Source: Selaginella moellendorffii (Eukaryota; Plantae; Lycopodiophyta). Taken from it: a DNA stretch of 64,000 bases. Shown in pieces: positions 63,066 through 64,000 of the stretch (within the stretch, counting starts at the first letter, position 1; the number at the start of each line of letters is the position of its first letter). The notes beneath the pieces are model-generated. The model did not search any database and was not told where the DNA came from. It was given only the letters and a program-made list of their open reading frames with translations. Location of the stretch: contig NW_003314359.1 in assembly GCF_000143415.4 (NCBI RefSeq), positions 157,477 to 221,476 on the forward strand, given 5' to 3'. A program made the translations under genes and the position numbers.

Positions 63066-64000
63066 TGACTTGGTCCCATCCGATGAACTCTTTGTCATTT
63101 TGGTCATGCTTTTGGGGTTCCTTTAACCTACGACACCTCGACGAGTTGGTTCCTTACAACTCCACCACCCATAGAAGAAGTTCGATGCCCACATCGAACG
63201 TCTTGTTTTATCCTACGATTTATTGACCATGTCTCCGGGGGCATCCCCCCACTTAGCGGTGTGCCTAAGTTAGCCTCCCCGGCCAAGAGCCCATGACAAT
63301 GGAATATAGGTGTCCCTATACCCCTCACGTCACCACGCCCTAGTATGGGGTCGGGACTTGAACCCAGCCTTGCTTTACTAGGGGTTTGGGACTTGAACCC
63401 AACCTCCGTAGAATACGTCTACGGATGCGACATCCCCGCGGGGAGTCAGGCGTAGTGCCCTACGCCTGGTCGACCTATCCAACCCATGCTAACTAGTTAC
63501 CTTCGGCGCGCTTTCGGGTCCCAACATATGCCACTTGCTCAACTTTGCAAATTGATATTTTTAATTGAACTTTGCATAAGTACATAGAGTTCTGCCTTGC
63601 AGAAATTCCTCCACTAGATCTCGCGTGTTCGCTAGGTTCTCCTCCGGTTCCCATGTTGCTTCGCAGTGTGGAAATCCTTTCCACTTCACATGGAACTCTC
63701 TCACCTCGCGTCCTTGTCACTTGCTCTTGCGCGCATTGAGGATGGCCTCGACTTCGTATTCCTCTTCCCCTTGGATAACCTCAGGTAATGGTCTCACTTG
63801 GTCCTTGTGAAGCAGATCCTCAAAGTATGGCTTGAGTAAGTTCAAGTGGAACACTGGGTGCATCTTCCCCATCTCTCGAGGAAGTCGGAGTCGGTAAGCC
63901 ACTTTACCGATTCGTGCCTCAATCTCGTAAGGCCTCGTGAACCTGCTTAAGGAACTCAAGATCAATTCATTTACAGGAATACATGCATCTTTACCTTTGG

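Larger units (their letters stand above)
61421..64000 (-). mobile_element. Chromovirus-type Ty3/Gypsy LTR retrotransposon 3' part (integrase C-terminus + chromodomain, probable PPT/LTR), interrupted by an N gap
   Basis: RPYEIEARIGKVAYRLRLP..HPVFHLNLLKPY, then EEEYEVEAIL..*..FHVKWKGFPHCEATWEPEENL. A putative PPT plus TGT LTR start lies at ~63158 on the minus strand. Confidence 0.8.

Noticed and set aside
62757-63126. Ser/Glu-rich and Ser/Asp-rich ORFs, and a CRISPR-like look of the repeat
   Set aside because: This is a short tandem array without unique spacers inside a retroelement in a eukaryotic genome.

Overview
This is a gene-dense eukaryotic plant nuclear window. Most introns are about 50-70 bp, intergenic spaces are very short, GC3 is high, and a PLS-class PPR gene is present. 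These traits suggest the lycophyte Selaginella (inference, not verified). I can support about 27 protein-coding loci: CML, P-class PPR, SFT2, VTE3, eIF2B-epsilon, ATG8, VPS9, APT, EB1, XPO4, a GT23-like fucosyltransferase, SRP68, AAP, SDR, BUD31, a cyclophilin-like protein, a phi GST, a truncated PLS-PPR, a half-size OCT-like MFS, two patatins, GT34, aldose 1-epimerase, SRP54, and a tandemly duplicated head-to-head pair of an NFD4-like MFS and a 2OG-Fe(II) dioxygenase. There is also tRNA-Val(CAC), a variant U2 snRNA with a USE/TATA promoter, a Mutator-like MITE, and nested Ty3/Gypsy remnants around an assembly gap. The most notable observations are: (1) a tail-to-tail coding overlap between GT34 and the epimerase that has been separated by a ~180-bp tandem duplication; (2) a duplicated divergent enzyme+transporter module with a W-box promoter and asymmetric decay; (3) a U2 gene missing one arm of stem III; (4) an SRP54 with an intact GTPase but a remodelled M domain; and (5) an unannotated decayed STAND/ATPase_2-like P-loop NTPase. 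All gene models were assembled by eye. CDS coordinates span start to stop including introns.
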